In this document: positions 60,025-64,000 of the stretch, in pieces
Position numbering within the stretch: the stretch's first letter is position 1
Layout: every line of letters begins with the position of its first letter
Assembly (NCBI GenBank): GCA_963668695.2
Contig: CAXXLQ010000004.1
Span: 1,184,001-1,248,000 of the forward strand
Source of the DNA: Vicinamibacteria bacterium
GTDB lineage: Bacteria > Acidobacteriota > Vicinamibacteria > Marinacidobacterales > Marinacidobacteraceae
Reading direction: 5' to 3'
DNA: 64,000 nucleotides
Translations under genes and position numbers: made by a program
The notes under the pieces: generated by a model
Told to the model about the DNA's origin: nothing
The model's database searches: none
Seen by the model: the letters and a program-made list of their open reading frames with translations, nothing else

Positions 60025-60130
60025 AGGGCTCGCTCGCGCGGTTCGTCCTTGGGGACGGCGTCGGCTTCGCCGACTCGCGCAAACCACGCTCAGCGAGGGA
60101 AATCGACTCCGGGGGAGGCCGACTCCCCCC

Positions 60131-61492
60131 TCAGCGACTCTCGAGCGCGGAAATCTGGACCACCGCGGTCCGGACCTTCCCGTCCCGCCAGGCGATCATC
60201 AGCCGTTCCTGAACGTCGAACACCTCCTCGATGTCCTCCGCTTCCTCTTCAGCCGCCTCTTCGTCCGATTCGCCCTCGTCCTCTGCGTCCTCGTCTTCTT
60301 CCGGCTCCGGCGGCGGCTCGTTGGCTACCCGCACCAGTTGCAGCACCCCGGCTTCCCGCCCCGCAGGTGCCTCCGCGACCCGGAGCGCCGGTCCCAGGAG
60401 TCCGTCCGGCCAGATGCGGCGCACCCGCACTTCGCCGCGTTTCCCGTTCGGGGTTTCGAGCCAGGCCGCCGCGGCGCTCCCGTCGTCGAGGAGCGTGACG
60501 GCGGTGTAGCCGCGGGCCGCACCGCCATCCAGCCGGAAGGGCATTCCGAAGCCCTCTCCGCCGTTTTGCGAGAGAGCGATCCGGACCTCCGGATCACCGC
60601 TGGCCATGGTGAACCAGACGACCGCGACCGTGTCGTCGCGGGCGGCGATCGTCGGGCCGTTGACCGGACAGGCGTTGATGCCCCAGCCGTCTGCATGGAC
60701 CGAACGCCCCGGCTCCCACACGCCGCGGACTTTGCGCGCGATCGCGATGTCCCGCACATCATCCTCGGGTGGGTTCCGCACCCGGTCCCGATACACCACG
60801 AGCGGTTGGCCGTCGCTTGCGGCCATGGCGGTCGGGCAGCAACTGCACACATCCGGATCGAGCCGCTGGTTCCCGAGTTGGTAGCCCTGCTCATGGAACC
60901 GGGCGAGGCGCAGCGTCATGTCGCCCGGATCCTTGGAGCCCGGAGGCGGGGTGAGGTAAGCCGCCGAGAAACCGCCCGGCTCCGGCGTGAACGAGACGAA
61001 GCCGGAGTAGCTCTCGACGTTGTCGAGTCCCTCCGAGAACACATCGCGCCAGGTGACGCCGCGGTCCATGGAAAAGACGATCTTCAGCCCGTAGCCGTAG
61101 TGCCCCTCGGCGGCCGGATTCCGGACCAGATAGTGGGCGGCGAGCCGGTTCTCCCCGACCAGCGCAATGGAGGGATGATCCGCCCAGTTCACGAACCAGC
61201 CGGACCCTTCGGCGATCAGCTTCGGCTCTCCCCAGGTATCGGCGGTCACCTCCTCGCTGCTTCCGGGACGTTGCAGTTCGGAGAACCGAAGAGAGTGACC
61301 GTCTCCCGTGGGCTCCACCCAACTGAGGAAGGTGGCGCCTGCCGCCGTCGCGTTCAGCGAGTACATGCCGCTCCCGTCCGGGGCGGGCGTCTCCAGCGGT
61401 GTGATCCCGTCCTGGGCGCCCGCCGCGGCGGCAGCAAGCAGACAACCGGCGAAAAAGCCGGCAGCCCGGTGGGAGGAAACCGCGGCACGCAT
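60131..61492 (-). CDS. Exported BNR/sialidase-like beta-propeller protein with acidic insertion
   Basis: FVNWADHP, SMDRGVTW, VCSCC, ACPVNGP, SQNGGEGF. Confidence 0.75.
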   Translation of the reverse strand: MRAAVSSHRAAGFFAGCLLAAAAAGAQDGITPLETPAPDGSGMYSLNATAAGATFLSWVEPTGDGHSLRFSELQRPGSSEEVTADTWGEPKLIAEGSGWFVNWADHPSIALVGENRLAAHYLVRNPAAEGHYGYGLKIVFSMDRGVTWRDVFSEGLDNVESYSGFVSFTPEPGGFSAAYLTPPPGSKDPGDMTLRLARFHEQGYQLGNQRLDPDVCSCCPTAMAASDGQPLVVYRDRVRNPPEDDVRDIAIARKVRGVWEPGRSVHADGWGINACPVNGPTIAARDDTVAVVWFTMASGDPEVRIALSQNGGEGFGMPFRLDGGAARGYTAVTLLDDGSAAAAWLETPNGKRGEVRVRRIWPDGLLGPALRVAEAPAGREAGVLQLVRVANEPPPEPEEDEDAEDEGESDEEAAEEEAEDIEEVFDVQERLMIAWRDGKVRTAVVQISALESR

Positions 61493-61543
61493 CAGAACGG
61501 GTGATTCTCGCATGGACGGCGAAAATCGGGATACCCTGCTGCG

Positions 61544-61644
61544 GGCGTATTCCGACCGAAACGCAACGATGAGCGACGCGAAGCGGCGCGGTTCAGCCGG
61601 GATGCATAGCCGGTCGAACGCCGCGTGACCTTGTCCACAGGCTG
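61544..61644. mobile_element. Partial MITE copy without inserts
   Basis: ...CGACCGAAACGCAACG...GAAGCGGCGCGGTTCAG...CCACAGGCTG|CTAG. Confidence 0.75.
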
Positions 61645-61741
61645 CTAGCATCGCGCATTGCCGTGGCGGGCCATGACGATTCGCCGCGATCGGCGGGCCA
61701 ATAGTTGCCGCGCCGATTTCCGCTCCGGCAGGGAGGCGTAG

Positions 61742-63214
61742 ATGTCTGCACTCTTTTTCTACCGTTCCGGTCCCCGCGGACGCTCCGCGGCCCGCAAGGC
61801 TTCAAGGTTCCTCGGGATCTTCCTGCTGTTTCTGCTCCCGGTGTCTGCCGCCGGGCAGTCAGCCGACGAACTTCAGGAAAACGCCCGGCAGTTCGTCCAG
61901 TACGACGATTCGGTCATCGCGATCACCGGGGTCCAGGTGGTGGACGGGACCGGCGCGGCTCCCCGCTCCGGCCAGACGGTCGTCATCGCGGACCGCCGCA
62001 TCCAGAGCGTAGGCCCGGACGGCGAAGTCGAGATCCCCGAAGGCGCCCGCCGGATCGACGGTTCCCGGCACACCGTGATCCCGGGCCTCATCGGCGTCCA
62101 CAACCACACCTTCTACACAACCGCGGCGCGTCACTCGCAGATGAACACCACCTCGCCGCGGCTCTATCTCGCCGCCGGGGTGACCACCATCCGCACTACC
62201 GGCAGTTACTCCCCGTACAGCGAGATCAACATGCGCCGCGCCATCGAGGCCGGCGAGATCGTCGGGCCCCGGATGCACATCACCGGCCCGTACATCTCGG
62301 GCTCCGGCGCCGCCCCCTACATGACCCAGGTTTCCAGTGCGGAAGACGCCCGCCGGGTGGTGGCCTACTGGGCCGAAGAGGGCGCGACCTGGTTCAAGGC
62401 CTACACCCGGATCTCACGGGCGGAGCTGGGAGCGGCCATCGACGAAGCCCATCGTCACGGCCTCCGCTTCACCGCGCACCTCTGCTCGGTGACTTTCCGG
62501 GAGGCGGTGGATCTCGGGATCGACTCGCTGGAGCACGGGTTCTTCACGAACACCGAGTACCACCAGGACAAAAAGCCCGACGAGTGCCCGCCGGATTTCC
62601 GGAGCACGCTGCGGGAGGTCGACATCGACTCCGACGAGGTGAATGCCACGATCGATCACATGGTGGGCAACGAGGTCGCGCTGACCTCGACGCTCGCCGT
62701 CTATGAACTGTCCGTGCCGGGTCGTCCTCCCCTTGAGGATCGGAACCTGGAAGCGCTCTCGCCCGGCGCCCGCAACGAGTACCTCGCCCGCCGTGAGGAA
62801 ATCGCGACGGCCCAGGACGCTGTCTTCACGGAGCTCTTCCCGAAGGCGCAGGCCTTCGAATACCGCTTCTTCAAGGCGGGCGGCCTCCTCGCCTCCGGCG
62901 TGGACCCCACCGGCAACGGCGGCGCGCTTCCCGGCTTCGGCGACCAGCGGAACTACGAACTGCTGCTCGAAGCGGAGTTCACTCCGTCCGAAGCGCTCCA
63001 GGTGATGAGCCTGAACGGCGCCCGGGTGCTCGGCGTGGATGACGACCTCGGAAGCATCGAAGCCGGCAAGCTCGCGGACCTCATCCTGATCGATGGCGAT
63101 CCCGTGACCGATCCGTTCCAGATCCGGAACGTGGTGACCGTCTTCAAGGACGGTGTCGGCTACGACTCGCTCAAGCTCATCGCGTCGGTCAAGGGGTTGG
63201 TCGGCCTGGAGTAA
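61742..63214 (+). CDS. Exported amidohydrolase family protein
   Basis: PGLIGVHNH, GVTTIR, TAH, LEHG, GSIEAGKLADL. Confidence 0.9.
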   Translation: MSALFFYRSGPRGRSAARKASRFLGIFLLFLLPVSAAGQSADELQENARQFVQYDDSVIAITGVQVVDGTGAAPRSGQTVVIADRRIQSVGPDGEVEIPEGARRIDGSRHTVIPGLIGVHNHTFYTTAARHSQMNTTSPRLYLAAGVTTIRTTGSYSPYSEINMRRAIEAGEIVGPRMHITGPYISGSGAAPYMTQVSSAEDARRVVAYWAEEGATWFKAYTRISRAELGAAIDEAHRHGLRFTAHLCSVTFREAVDLGIDSLEHGFFTNTEYHQDKKPDECPPDFRSTLREVDIDSDEVNATIDHMVGNEVALTSTLAVYELSVPGRPPLEDRNLEALSPGARNEYLARREEIATAQDAVFTELFPKAQAFEYRFFKAGGLLASGVDPTGNGGALPGFGDQRNYELLLEAEFTPSEALQVMSLNGARVLGVDDDLGSIEAGKLADLILIDGDPVTDPFQIRNVVTVFKDGVGYDSLKLIASVKGLVGLE

Positions 63215-63220
63215 CGCGTA

Positions 63221-63358
63221 GGGACCGCCGGTCTTCAGACCGGCACCGCTCCCCGACAGGGGAGCGGACCCGCGCATCGCTGAGAACGAAGAAGCGCGGG
63301 GACGGCGGGAGCGCCGGTGTTCACACCGGCATCGCGGCCCGGTAGGGCCGGGAAACGC
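63221..63358 (+). repeat. Two REP-like palindromes (empty alleles)
   Basis: GGGACCGCCGGTCTTCAGACCGGC and GGGAGCGCCGGTGTTCACACCGGC. Confidence 0.75.
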
Positions 63359-63394
63359 GCTCATCCGATCGTCTTCGTGGCACAGAAATGGGTG

Positions 63395-64000
63395 TCAGTG
63401 CTCTCCTTCTTCCAGATCGTCTGCATTCAGGTTCCTGATGCGAGGCGAAAAAATGGCATGCATAGCGTTGATTTTCGTCGCAAGCCATTCGTGCTGTCGG
63501 GGCCAATCGGATTCGTCTTCCGGATCCACGTTCTCAAGATACGCCGTGATGCGGCACTGTTTGCCCATCTCGCGCCACTCGAACGGACAACCGACACCCT
63601 CTTCGATCGCATCTCGCTGCTGCTTTAGCAGGCCGAGAAAGAGTTTTGCTTTGTCGCCCGAGAGGTAGAGAGAGACCTGAATGCGTCTCTTTTGGAAAGT
63701 CGTTGCGGTATCTAGCGTGAAACCGTCCCTTCCGACGCTGTAGCTCATCCAACTCTCTGGCTGTGGTTTTCGATTGCCCGAAACCGGTCCTCCCGCAGCA
63801 TTGAGAACTTCATGGAATTTGGTCCAGTATCTGACTTGGGTCACTTTCCGGTCTGAAAGGTTCTCACTTCTTCGTTTGATGGCGCGTGACCATTCGTTCG
63901 GTTTTGAAACCACATGCAACCGCGCTGCTGGAAGCGAGTCTCCGATTCGGCACACCTCCACCTCTAGTCCGAAGAAACGAAACCGGCCATCGGTGATTTC
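63395..64000 (-). CDS. DUF4268-domain protein (partial, 5' end outside the window)
   Basis: FFGLEVEVCRIGDS...VSKPNEW...YWTKF...KPQPESWM...DWPRQHEWL. Confidence 0.8.
   Translation of the reverse strand, partial: EITDGRFRFFGLEVEVCRIGDSLPAARLHVVSKPNEWSRAIKRRSENLSDRKVTQVRYWTKFHEVLNAAGGPVSGNRKPQPESWMSYSVGRDGFTLDTATTFQKRRIQVSLYLSGDKAKLFLGLLKQQRDAIEEGVGCPFEWREMGKQCRITAYLENVDPEDESDWPRQHEWLATKINAMHAIFSPRIRNLNADDLEEGEH

Noticed and set aside
1-64000. tRNA, rRNA, prophage or transposase genes
   Set aside because: No recognisable signatures by eye; tRNAscan-SE and Infernal could not be run.

Overview
GC-rich bacterial window. The Acidobacteria-type TonB-dependent receptors, the acidobacterial VWA protein and the Sdh1-type succinate dehydrogenase suggest Acidobacteriota; this taxonomy is inference. 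Gene content: a PstI/BsuBI-type DNA methyltransferase running off the left edge, an orphan AbiEi antitoxin, a TBDR/Tat-oxidase/BCCT uptake cluster with duplication debris, a WYL regulator, pcm, sdh genes, a kinase-Omp85/DUF4956/SdiA/phosphoesterase cassette, a DUF5685 plus isoprenoid-synthase-like pair, tamB, a frameshifted HipA-like kinase with a HIRAN partner, a RAPP-peptide-regulated ZnuD-like receptor, a multicopper oxidase, ada and a DUF4268 gene running off the right edge. The most unusual signal is non-coding: a 19-nt sequence, CCCCCACCGGGAGAACTGG, occurs 13 times near-perfectly plus 3 partial or degenerate copies, in both orientations. Empty alleles in the same window show it was inserted at several independent positions inside two unrelated repeat families (a ~180-bp MITE and REP-like hairpins), with ragged junctions and no constant target-site duplication. 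I found no rRNA, tRNA or CRISPR array. All alignments were done by eye.
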